The notes under the pieces: model-generated
Told to the model about the DNA's origin: nothing
Seen by the model: the letters and a program-made list of their open reading frames with translations, nothing else
Databases searched by the model: none
Shown: positions 32,463 through 50,082 of the stretch, piece after piece
Layout: each line of letters opens with the position of its first letter
Position numbering within the stretch: position 1 is the first letter of the stretch
NCBI RefSeq assembly: GCF_009914755.1
Contig: NC_060941.1
Strand: one strand, 5' to 3'
DNA from: the human T2T-CHM13v2.0 reference genome, Homo sapiens
DNA length: 64,000 nt
Translations under genes and position numbers: made by a program

Positions 32463-34369
32463 TCCTAAGCCTTTCCCCTAGACCCGCTCTCTTTCTTCCA
32501 ACACTGGCGAAAATGGAAAGGAATTAGCCCTTCCTGTTGCTACTGTGTTACTCAGGGGGTTTGGGAGAGCTGTTGTAAAAGCTCTGGACTAATGATTACT
32601 TTATTAGAAATTAATCAATTAAGAAAATCACTGCATTCCCTTGCCTCTCCAACACACAAATTTAAGTCCTGCAGCAGAAGTTCTATCTAAAGCAGGTCCC
32701 CTGTGGACGTTGCTGTAGAACTTCTGAAAATGAGTACTTCTCCCCTCCCTCCCACCTCCAGCAGATTCGGATTCCCTGGAGGACAAGGATTCCGACTGTT
32801 ATCTTTCTGTCCTCAGGGTCTAGCAGGATGCTGGCACATTGCAGATGCTTAGTACATATACAGTGGATAAATACATCAGTGGAAAATATGAAAAAAGAGA
32901 CAGCCACCTTCGGCTTCTTGCTTTTGGGGGCAGCCTATTTAGAGACCATGAATAAGAAAAGAAATGAAGGAAATCTGTGAACCCAAATGAAATGACCAGC
33001 TGTATGAAGGGCCAGCAAATGGCTCATGGAGCTAGTGGCTTCACAGGTGAAAAGGGAGTGTCTAGCCTCCCTTAAGCAGGGCTCATGAAGGTGGGCCATG
33101 CTTCAGCCACACCAGGTCAGGCACGTAGTCCCCCTCACTCAAGGACATGTGCTTGAGTGCCTTGGGCTACCAAGTTGCCTTTCCCAGGGACTGGGTGGTC
33201 TCACGTTTGCCTTGGCAGGGATCCCCGTTGGGTGCCTGACATCTGATTTTTTTTAGATACTGTGATAGTAAATGCGAGGCTGCCATGAAAAAGGAGACTC
33301 CAGCCTGATGGGAACGAAGGGCGGACAGTGAACACGATTCTCTCTCCCAGAGAAAGAACCTAGCAACTGGGTTAGCATTTCCAGAAGGCTTTTTGTCTGA
33401 TTCACAAGCTAATTTCAGCAGCAGAGTGATTATCTAGAACAATGTGCCACACAGAGTGGATCCCCGAAGAGCCGAGATGTTAACTTCAGGAGGAATCACT
33501 TATTCAGGCCTGCCCGAGGCATGGAAACACGAGAGCCCGCCTTGGGAGAAGCCGCCTGCCCAGGTCGGCCCGACCTGCCTCACGGGGAAATTGGCTTCCA
33601 CTTTCTCTTTGAACAAGGATGGAGGGTGAATGGAAGGCGGGGCAGCGAGGGAAGGATTAAAGCCCCCTGTTTGTTCTATAATGGGGATATTCATCTTGCC
33701 TTGTAGAGGGGGGTCTTTTACTGGAATGAAAAAGTTTCCCCCATACAGTATCCATCAAAAGGTGCCCTTATGAGGCAGAAAGAAAGGAGGAGGGAGAGAA
33801 ATCATTCAGAACAAGAGTGGGAGAATGAGAAGACATGCTAAATATCTGAAATGAGAGAGCACCGTGAGTTTGGCGAGCTCGCAGGGAGATTACGCCAAGT
33901 GGCAGGGGACGACGAGGGGCTATGTTTCAGCCTGAGCCTCTCGGTGGGCCCGGAGCCGGAGTCCGTCCATCAGGAACACAAGTCCCCAGCCGGGCAGCAC
34001 AGCGAAAGCTTTGGGATGCTAATGGCCCTTTAGGAATGCTAAATGGAGCATTTCTGTCGCAACAAAGGGGCAAAATGAGGGGAGAAAGGAATTTTAGTTT
34101 TGAAGTTTCCTTAGGGGAGGGCTAAACAATAGCGGTTTTAATGGACAGTGTAAAAGTTTTATCTGCGTTATGAAAAAGAGGAATAGGGTACACATGCCCT
34201 CTTGGCAGCTCCTTGGTTGGGTTAAATGGCGAACAGAGCGCCTCAGTAGAGGCTGGACTGGAATTTGCTGGGTTTCAGCCTCTCTGAGCGAAGGGCAACA
34301 ATGTTGATCTGAGGACTGCTGTGTGGGTCCCATCTGATCAGAGACACTTCTGCACATCTTGCTGTATTG

Positions 34370-35720
<1,351 letters not shown>

Positions 35721-36852
35721 CCCTGGGCTGGAGAGTCCTGAGTTAGAGACCACCAAGTAGGTCTGGCTCAACAGCTCTGGTCAGACCAACAGTAGCTGGT
35801 CAGCCTCAGGTAGAGTGTGTGGGGTGCTGAGTGATGGCCTGGGGTAGTTTGGGGCCGAGGAACGGCACTCGTGTTCTATGAGCACCGTCCAGAATGAGGC
35901 CACAGCCCAGCTCACTGGAAACGTGCCCTGGAGTGTGATGGCCTGGGTTGTGATGTGAGCACTTAACCCAGGCTCTGCTCAGAGTCCAGAAGCAGGGGCT
36001 CCACCCCGTGAGATGTGGCAATGGCTTTTTGAAGGAAGAACTGATGGGGCGTGGGACTGGTCCAGCATGAAGGATGAAAAGACGCTGGAGAGATGAGATA
36101 GTAAAGACAACGCCTTTCGTGCCTGCGTGCTTGCTGTGTGCCCCCCGTCTCGTCCCTTCAACAGAGGCCCCCCTGTGATGTTATCAGGGCAAGCGCTTTT
36201 CATCCTTAGGATTCTTTCTCCATGCAAAATCTTATTTGGAAACTCAGTGTGGAAAACAGGCAAAACTCGGGCTGCTTTGGCTGAAGAAGGTGTTGTTGAG
36301 GTGGGGGCTGGAGTGTACCCCCTTCTCCCCCTCACCCCGCAGAGCCCTGTCCTCTTCTTTTTGCCCCCCACCCCCACTTCACCCTCAGCATGACCAAAGG
36401 ACCCCTGTGGTCCCCAGGGACACAGTTTCTCAAGAGAGGCCTGGGACCAACATGTACAGCATTATTTTTGCTCCCACTGAATTTGCTGTACAAACAACTG
36501 GCAATTGGGGTATGTTGGCTGAAATAATTTCATCACTTAATCCTCAATTTTACGTGTGACTGGTTGATTGCACACAGATCCTGTGACCCCTGAGTCTGTT
36601 TCCTAGTGATTGCCCGGGCTTATCACTATATTGTTTGCTTTCTGCTCTTCCCCGGGGTTTGCTTTCCAGGGGCAGTTGTGTGACCTGCCTGCCTCTTGGT
36701 GACCTCCTTTTCACTCTGGTGAACACTCCTTCATCTCCCCGTTTTCATTGATTTCTCGGGTATTTTCCATTCTGTAATACTTTGGCTGCTGTTTCTTCCT
36801 TGTTTTTATAAAATTCATCTGCTGGTTGCTGTTTACAAAACATCTCCTTTAA

Positions 36853-37381
<529 letters not shown>

Positions 37382-38049
37382 TATTTATTTATTTTTTATT
37401 TCAATAGCTGTTGGGGTACAAGTGGTTTTTGGTTACATGGATGAATTCTGTTGTGGTGAATTCTGAGATTTTAGTGCATCATCTGAATCATTTTTGAATA
37501 ACAATCTTTCTGAAATGCATTTTTGTACTTACCTGCCTTTTTAAACAGAGCTCAAACATCATCTAGGCCTTTCTTATTGTCTCAGGTCATTCATATGAAC
37601 ATTAGTTAGTGCATCCTATTGAATGCCGTGTAGGGAATTATGTACGTTTCTGTGTTCTGGCCCTAAGTGGCCCCACATGGCCAAGTCTTAAGACTTAGCA
37701 TTGTGTGTTAAAAGCCTCACTTTTCTTATCCATAAAGTGGGGATTATTATACCGACCTTGTAGGATACCTTATAGGATTTTTGCAAGGCTTAGGGTCCAT
37801 GTAAGATCCTTGGCCCATGGTAGGCACTCAAAAAAAAAAAAAAAAAAAAAAAAAAGAAAAGAAAAAAGAAAAAAATAGCTTAGAGAAAAGAATGGAAAAC
37901 AGCAGTAGATTCTTAGAAGCTAGATATTTTCCATCATGAATTCTTTTCCTGGGTTTGACCATTTATATTTTTTGAGCCCCAGGTAACGGGAAGCTTGCCC
38001 CCGCCTAGAATTTGTCTTTAAGGAGTTGAAGGGAGCCAAACATGAGAGA

Positions 38050-38305
38050 GGCAGACAGTAGAGTGGTTTAAGAGCCCACAATCTGGAGTTAGACTACCTG
38101 GGTTCAAATCCAGACTCGGCCACTTCCTGGCTGTGGCTCTGAGCAAGTTCTTTAATGTCTGTGCATTTCAGAGTCCTCCTTTCAACAATGGAGATAATGA
38201 TAGTACCTGTCTCAGAGGGCTGTTAGGAGCATTAAATAATTTCATACACGTAAAGTGCATAGAATAGCACCTGGTACACAGTAAGCCCTCTATATTATCA
38301 TTCAT
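38050..38305 (+). mobile_element. MIR near full length
   Basis: AGTGGTTAAGAGC...CTGGGTTCAAATCC...AATGGAGATAATGATAGTACCT...CCTGGTACACAGTAAGC. Confidence 0.9.
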
Positions 38306-38449
38306 GGTGATGCCTACCTGCTACGTGGCCGGCACATGCTGAATCCTGGGTTTAATATGACGGTGACTGAGGTGTGGTTCCTGCCCACAAATAACCCTGG
38401 GGAAAATGCAGCAGGTACAGATGGAGGAACTTACGCAAATCCTCAAAAA

Positions 38450-39033
38450 TCTGAACCTAGAATTGCAGTGTGACCCAGCAATGCCTCTCCTAGGTATTTA
38501 CACTGAAAACAGGTATTTAGAACTGAAAACAGGTATTCAGACAACTACTTGTATATGAATGCTCATGGCAACATTATTCACAATAGCCAAAAGGTGGAAA
38601 CAACCCACATGTCCGTGAACAAATGAATGGATAAACAAAATATGGTCTATCCACCCTACGTAATATCACTCAGCCAGAAAAGGGAATGAAGTACAACTTA
38701 TATATGCTACAGTGTGAAGGAACCACAGAAACAGTATGCCAAGTGAAAGAAGCCAGACACAAAAGGGCACATATGATATGGTTACATTTATGTGAAATGT
38801 CCAGAAGAGGCAAAGCAGATTAGTGATTGCCAGGGGCGGGAGGAAGGGGAAATGGGGAGTGACTGCCTAGTAAGTTATGGAATCTCCTTTAGGGAAGATG
38901 AAAACATTTTGAAACTAGACAGAGGTGATGGTTGTACAGCTTTGGGAATGTACTAAATGCCACCGGATTGTCTATTTTAAATGACTCATTTTATGTTTTG
39001 TGAATTTCACCTCAATTACAAAAAAAAAAAAAA
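38450..39033 (+). mobile_element. L1MB-type 3' end with A tail
   Basis: CAATAGCCAAAAGGTGGAAACAACCC, AGTGAAAGAAGCCAGACAC and TGAATTTCACCTCAATT followed by poly-A. Confidence 0.9.
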
Positions 39034-39275
39034 GACCCTTGCAGATGGGAAGACTCAAGAGGGCAAGTCTAAACCACCAGGGCCACGTATGGCTAAGTGA
39101 GCATGTTTCGGAGCACTGGGGCCCAGGGAGGGGAGGGTCACAGTGGCAAAAATGGCACCTGTCGGAAGAAACTGCACTTACTGCATACGGGGTGTATGTA
39201 TGCAAATGGGAGTGTACATATCTATGCAAAATACTAGCCATTATCATTAGAGTAGGATACATAATGATAAGCGTA

Positions 39276-39711
39276 CAGTTGGCCCTCGAACAACACAGGC
39301 TTGAACGTTGAGGATCCATTTATACATGGATTTTCTTCCTCCTCTGCTACCCCAGAGTCAGCAAGACCCACCCCTCCTCTCCTCCTCAGCCTACTCCGTG
39401 TGAAGATGACAAGGATGAAGACCTTTATGATGATCCACTTCCACTTAATGAACAGTAAATATATTTTCTCTTCCTTATGGTTTTCTTCATAACAGTTTCT
39501 TTTTTCTAACATGTTTTATTGTAAGAATACAGTATCTAATACATAAAACATATACAATATGTATTATTAACTGTTTATGTTATCCGTAAGGCTTCCAGTC
39601 AACAGTAGGCTACTATCAGTTCAGTTTTTGAGGAGTTAAAAGTTATACGCGGGTTTTTTACTGTGTGGGGCATTGGTGTCCCTAACTCCTGTGTTGTTCA
39701 GAGGTCAACTG
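39276..39711 (+). mobile_element. Tigger2a non-autonomous DNA transposon, complete
   Basis: TIRs CAGTTGGCCCTCGAACAACAC / GTGTTGTTCAGAGGTCAACTG; TA at 39274-39275; 436 bp. Confidence 0.9.
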
Positions 39712-39881
39712 TGAATTTTATAACAGAAGATAACCAGCAGTTGAGGACGGCCATGGTAACTGTCAAATGAATGGTTTTAACATTGGGCTTCAGGAGGTGT
39801 GTAGCAAACAGCACGGGGACTCATAATATCTGTTTTGCCATTAGCCAGCTAGCTCTCAAGTGGGATAAAAAGCAGTAGGCA

Positions 39882-40196
<315 letters not shown>

Positions 40197-40430
40197 TTAG
40201 GATGAAGGTATAATTTAAAAAGCATGAAGTTGAAAAAATTACTCAACCACAGTGACCTTGGTTGAATCACCTTAGGTTGTTTGCTTTGCACAGGGGAAAG
40301 ATCATCATGTTCTTTTGTAGTGATAGAGCATTCTGATCCAACCAACAGAGCCCCATGGTTTCTAGGGAGGTGGAGAAGGCCTGGTGGAGGAGGAAGGGGA
40401 GGGCTCAGTTCCTTTCTAGAACTTGAGTGT

Positions 40431-40484
40431 CAGTTGAAAATAGAGTGAGGAAGGTGGCAGTTGAAAATAGAGTGAGGAAGGTGG
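40431..40484 (+). repeat. Perfect 27-bp tandem duplication
   Basis: CAGTTGAAAATAGAGTGAGGAAGGTGG x2. Confidence 0.97.
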
Positions 40485-40679
40485 CTGATTCTAGGCAGGT
40501 GAGTGGAATGAGTGACAGTGGCCCAAAGGGTAAGGGGGGGTCTGGCCTTTCTAGAGAACATGTGTCAATGAGACAGTTGGCTGGAACCTTGGCTCCCAGT
40601 AGGAGCATAGGAGGAGATGGAGCAGAGACCGGGTATGGGCAAGGTGGTGGCCAGGCTAAGGAAGGTGGGGTTTATCTAG

Positions 40680-40833
40680 ACAAGTGGTTGTCACATTTTG
40701 GCCTGCTTCAGAGTCACAGATTGCTGGGCCCTTCCTCAAAGATAGGTTTGGAGTGGGGCCCTAGGATTTGATATCTAACAAGTGCCCAGGTGGTGTTGAT
40801 ATTGCTAGTCTGTCCACATTTGGAGAACCACTG
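40680..40833. mobile_element. MER5A-like hAT MITE
   Basis: AGTGGTTGTCA...GATTGCTGGGCCC...TCTAACAAG...TTTGGAGAACCACTG. Confidence 0.7.
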
Positions 40834-40857
40834 GTAAGCGATGGGCATCCAGGAGCA

Positions 40858-41190
40858 GTTTTTTTGTTGTTGTTGTTGTTTTTGTTTTATTTTGTTTTGT
40901 TTTGTTTTTTTGAGACGGATTCTCGCTCTGTCGCCCAGACCAGAGTCCAGTGGCGTGGTCTTGGCTCACTGAAACCTCCACCTCCCGGGTTCAAGCAATT
41001 CTCCTGCCTCAGCCTCCCAAGTGGCTGGGATTACAGGTGCCTGCCACCACGCTGAGCTAATTTTTTGTATTTTTAGTAAAGACGGTGTTTTACCATGTTG
41101 GCCAGGCTGGTCTTGAACTCCTGACCTCGTGATGCGCCTGCCTCAGCCTCCCAAAGTGCTGGGATTACAGGTGTGAGCCACCACAGCCAG
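40858..41190 (-). mobile_element. AluS
   Basis: TSD CCAGGAGCAGTTTTT. Confidence 0.95.
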
Positions 41191-42275
41191 CCAGGAGCAG
41201 TTTTTAGCAGGGGACAAGCCTGATGAAATGGCGTAAACGATGGCCACTGGATATGGCTGTGAGAGCAATCACTCATTAAATCAGGTGGTTTTGTTCCTGA
41301 ATCAATCTTGCATCTCAGTAGATTTTTAGTCCCCGAGGCTCAGACTGCCAACAAAAAATCTTTCAGGGCATTGTAATATTTTGATGACCACAGACTTCCT
41401 TGGAATGAAGTTGTCCCAATTCCAAATGAGGGGCCACGGCCTCATAAAAGGTTTTTATTCCCCTTTCTGGGCTGGAGAAGCCATCTAGGAAAATGCTGTT
41501 TCTGTACCTAAAGTGTTGGGATTTTCAGATTGTTTTCATGAGTTACAGACACACGGAGCAGCATGCTTGAACTTAGACCCTTTCTGCAAATGTCAGGCTG
41601 TATGATAATTGAGCCAGAATGTTACTCGAGCTTTCTGACACATTTTTTGAGACCTCCCATCCAGTATTCTCATACAGAAATATGGCTCCTCCAGGTGTGC
41701 ACTTAACACTCGCTTCTTTGCAGCCAGGAGAACCTTTAGCTAAGGAAAAAAAAGCCCTCCTACCCTTGGTTTCAAAAGGTTTTGAAATGCTAATTCACAA
41801 CCATGAAGTATTCTGACAGCCTGGAATGTTATTCAGGGCAATCAGGCACCTTGATTATTACAGAAGTGTGAAAGGTAAATTGCTGCTACCCAAGAAGTCA
41901 CCCAGCTTTTCAAGAGAAAGCTCAGAAAAATAGCACATAAAATTATGTTCGGGGATTACACTTCATGTATCGTGTGATGGGGTGCTCTGACACCCAGCGT
42001 GTCTGTAGGTGTCACAACGTCAGCTCGTAGTAGAAATGTAACAGCATTTGCCAGCGTCGCCCTTAAGTAAAAAAAAATAATAATAATACAGGATTGTGGG
42101 AAACATTTTCAGAATGTGTTGTATGCCTATCTAAAATCTGAAAGTACATCTTTTTTGAGCTTCTACTTTTCCTATTTTCCACTGAGAAATCCTGTCCCAG
42201 AGATGAGACTATCTTTTCTTTTTCTTTTTTCCAAAGGGAAAGACTATTTTTTATTTATCCTATAGTCTTTTATAG

Positions 42276-42600
<325 letters not shown>

Positions 42601-42684
42601 TAAAGCTTTGTTGTATTTTGCCACAATAAGCACAAAATGGTGTTTCTCCATGGTCCAAACTCAAAGTCAGGATTCAGTCCATAA

Positions 42685-43026
<342 letters not shown>

Positions 43027-43429
43027 AAAGATTTTTTTTTTTAGCCAAGGCAGATGCATTCCTTGAGGAAGGAGCTGTTGTCACTACCAACTGCTCATGA
43101 GAATGAGGGAAACCCATCTCATTCGCTTTTCCTTACTGGGTTTTCCAGTGTGATTTATTTATTTTTTCAATTACTAAGTAAGAAATACAAGCATCCTAAC
43201 TGTAATGGTCCCTTTTTTTTACTATAGCTTCTTCAAGGTCTGGTGGGTAGTTGTAGTTTATTGCTCTCCTTGGAGGAACAGGAAAGGGGTTATATTGTTT
43301 GTAGGTAAGTGGAAACCAAACATTCCATGGGGAGGAAAGTGAGTAGTTGTTTAGGGTCGTTTGTATGTAAATCCTTGCATCCATTCATTCATCGGTCCAT
43401 GCTCTATCCATGCTTCCATCCATCCACCC

Positions 43430-44902
<1,473 letters not shown>

Positions 44903-45330
44903 GACCCCAAGCAGGATCCTGTGCTGGGCTCTGTGGCCTCTCAGATTGTGGACTATGCTCAAGTGTTAGGGAAGTATGTAGAAACTTAATCACTTTACCA
45001 TCTACTGATCCAAGAAAAGAAGGAAAGCTTAATTTAAATAAATTATTATCATTAACAGAGTTGACCATAAAATGAACAAAACCCTCATTTATCATTTTGC
45101 TAATCCTGGCTTCCCCACTAGAATATCTACCTTTAGCCAGAGATTAAATCCATTCATATGTGTCCGGAGAAAATATAAAACATATATACAATAAATATGT
45201 GTAGAGGAAAGCAGTAGGATGGACACTGCAATGTAATTGTATTAATAAGACATTAAAAATATAGTTAAATGCAGTTATGTATATTATTGTCCGGTCAAGA
45301 AGATCACTAGTTGTATTAAAGATGTCATAA

Positions 45331-45465
45331 GCCTGGGCATGATGGTGTGCACCTGTAATCCCAGCCACTCAGGAAGCTGAGGCAGGAGGATCACTTGAGC
45401 TGAGGAGTTTGAGTCCAGCCTGAGCAACATAGCAGGACTTCGTCTCCAAAAAATAAAAATAAAAA
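45331..45465 (+). mobile_element. FLAM
   Basis: TSD AAAGAT(G/A)TCATAA. Confidence 0.88.
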
Positions 45466-45537
45466 AGATATCATAAAGACATCATAAGCTTCCATTGGTT
45501 ACTTTTAGTATGGATCAAGTAGAAAATTCAATAGCAG

Positions 45538-45872
<335 letters not shown>

Positions 45873-45908
45873 TCATGTTAGTAAGCAATATTACAAATGG
45901 CACGTTGT

Positions 45909-46628
<720 letters not shown>

Positions 46629-47111
46629 TTACAATAAGATAACAGTTTTCACTGTATTAAATACATTTGTCAGTGGAATAAGGTCCATTTGACTTAAATG
46701 CACCCGGGATACATTAATTTACACAGCCATTCACACAGCCACCAGAGCTGCCTTCCTTTATGACTCCATTCTCCACTCCTGTCTCTTACAGAATTAAGTC
46801 CAAACTCCTTTACGTGGAATTTGAGGCCCTTCTTGGTCTGTCCCAACCCACTCATCTTCCTCACTTCTTCAGTCGCCTCCCATGCCCCATCGTGTTTATG
46901 CTGTGCAAGCATCTTCAGGCCTGGATCGGGAGTTAGTTCTTCCAGGCATCTCTGCCCATCTAGCCCCTCAACAGGTGACTCAGGGTGAGGGCTCTGGGCT
47001 TGGGGGATGGGAGCTAGGTCCATCCCTCGGCAGCCAGGAGGCCCTGGGCTCAGGTGCTAGAAGCCTCTGGTGCAAACTCACACATTAGCCTCTGCCTCCA
47101 TAGAGTTCAGA

Positions 47112-47220
47112 TTGTATTGAAGATATCATAAACCGGGCATGCTGGTGTGCGCCTGTAAACCCAGCCGAGGTGGGAGGATTGCTTGAGCTGAGGAGTTTGA
47201 GTCCAGCCTGAGCAACATAG
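47112..47220 (+). repeat. Dispersed copy of 45311-45432 (flank + FLAM body)
   Basis: Shares the unique flank TTGTATT.AAGAT.TCATAA and CTTGAGCTGAGGAGTTTGAGTCCAGCCTGAGCAACATAG. Confidence 0.85.
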
Positions 47221-47379
47221 AGCAGTCTCCAAGCACGGTGCCTTAGGGCCTCCCAGAATGTCTAACTCAGGGCAGACAATCAATAAATGTTCATTGGATG
47301 AATGAATAAACTACCAGGCTAGAAGGGATTGATGAGTTTAGGGAAACGTCTGTTTGGTGTGACTGGAATCAGATTATGT

Positions 47380-48266
<887 letters not shown>

Positions 48267-49249
48267 TAGCCTCTTGCCTCCTAGCCTGGCTTCCTCCACC
48301 GTTCATCAAGACTTCAGTACCAGGAGCACTGTATTGATGAATTTCACAATCCCGTGGGGATAAAAGCTGCTAAAACACTTTTCCCAACTGCTAAATTGGA
48401 ACCTTTTAGACACCGAGATCTCACTTCCCCTCCTAGGAATTTTCCTATTAAAACATTTTAAAGGTCTATTCAACTAGTTTATAGCTATGGGAATTAAAAA
48501 AAAAAGAATGGAAATTAAGTTCTAGGGACATGTCTTTTTGGTCTTCTTTAAGAATCAGTCTAATTTCCACTTCATTGGCTTTTTGTTATTTCAAAGCAGA
48601 AGAATGAACATTTTCTCATTTCGTATTTCGTAATGAGGAAACCTTAGCAGAACCTGTATATAAACTATTTTGGTTTGACTATGGATTAATCACTTTCACT
48701 GCGTTAAAAACAAAATAATGAAGCCAAGGAGGTTATTTCCTTTTCAAGAGGAGGTTGAATTTTCTGAGCAGCTTTCTCCCTCAAACTTCTCAGAGTCTTC
48801 ACCTTGGAGGCCTCGCCCTGCCTGCTTCTTGGGACTCTGCTTCTTGTCACCAACTGGGATTTGGGGACAGAAGGACCAGTAGGTGGGAGCACCTCAAAGT
48901 AAGGAGTGTGAAGTGCCTGAGGACAAGGTGGCAGGGGCTTCCAGTTCCTCCTTAGGATAAGGCTAGTGAGGTTGACCCCGCATTAACAACACATTTAAAG
49001 GTTTCATCTCCTATTTGTGATCTTGATGTATTCTACCTTTGCCCACTTGGTGAGGGTACCAAGACCCCGTGTCACAGCACAGGCCAAATGAACCACCTGT
49101 GGCTCATCCTCCTGGGAAGAGTTTGGTGGGTAACCCAGATACCAGTGGGTAGCCTTCGGGAGAAAAGGGTGAGCTAGTCTGGTAATGTTCCCCAGCACGT
49201 GGCTGGGGATGGTCCTGGCTGGAGCACATACCCGCCTTCTTCTTCGTAG

Positions 49250-49490
49250 GTTGTGTAGACTAGTGGACTAAGAGGTTGGACCCTGTACCACACTGAGTGG
49301 GTTCAAACTCTAGTTCTACCACATATCAACTCTGTGACCTTGGGCAAATGTCTTAGGTGCACTGTGACTCAGTTTCTCTTTCTGTCTATTATTATTGCCC
49401 TCTTCGTGTGATTGTTGTTAAATGAGTTAATTCAGGGGCTTAGAACAGTGTTTGGTTCAAAGCAAGTGCTCAGTAAATGTCAGCCATGAG
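49250..49490 (+). mobile_element. MIR
   Basis: GGGTTCAAA...CTGTGACCTTGGGCAA...TTAAATGAGTTAAT...TTAGAACAGTG. Confidence 0.85.
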
Positions 49491-49712
49491 CCTTCCGGGT
49501 GGATCTCACTTCAGCCACTGGTTAGGACAACTCAGAAAATGTCATGCGTGCTTCTTTCTCCCGAGAAAGGAAATTGTTTTACTCTTGTCCAAACTGTCTT
49601 CACTATTTAGAGGTCATAGAGGAACAAGAAGTGACTGAGAGCAGTCATGGCTCTTTGAGCCTAAACCCCCGAGACTTTGGAAAAGTGAAGTGTGATGAAA
49701 AGATGGAATTAG

Positions 49713-50082
<370 letters not shown>

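Noticed and set aside
38492-38537. ~20-bp duplication ACTGAAAACAGGTATT inside L1
   Set aside because: Minor slippage event with no functional hint.
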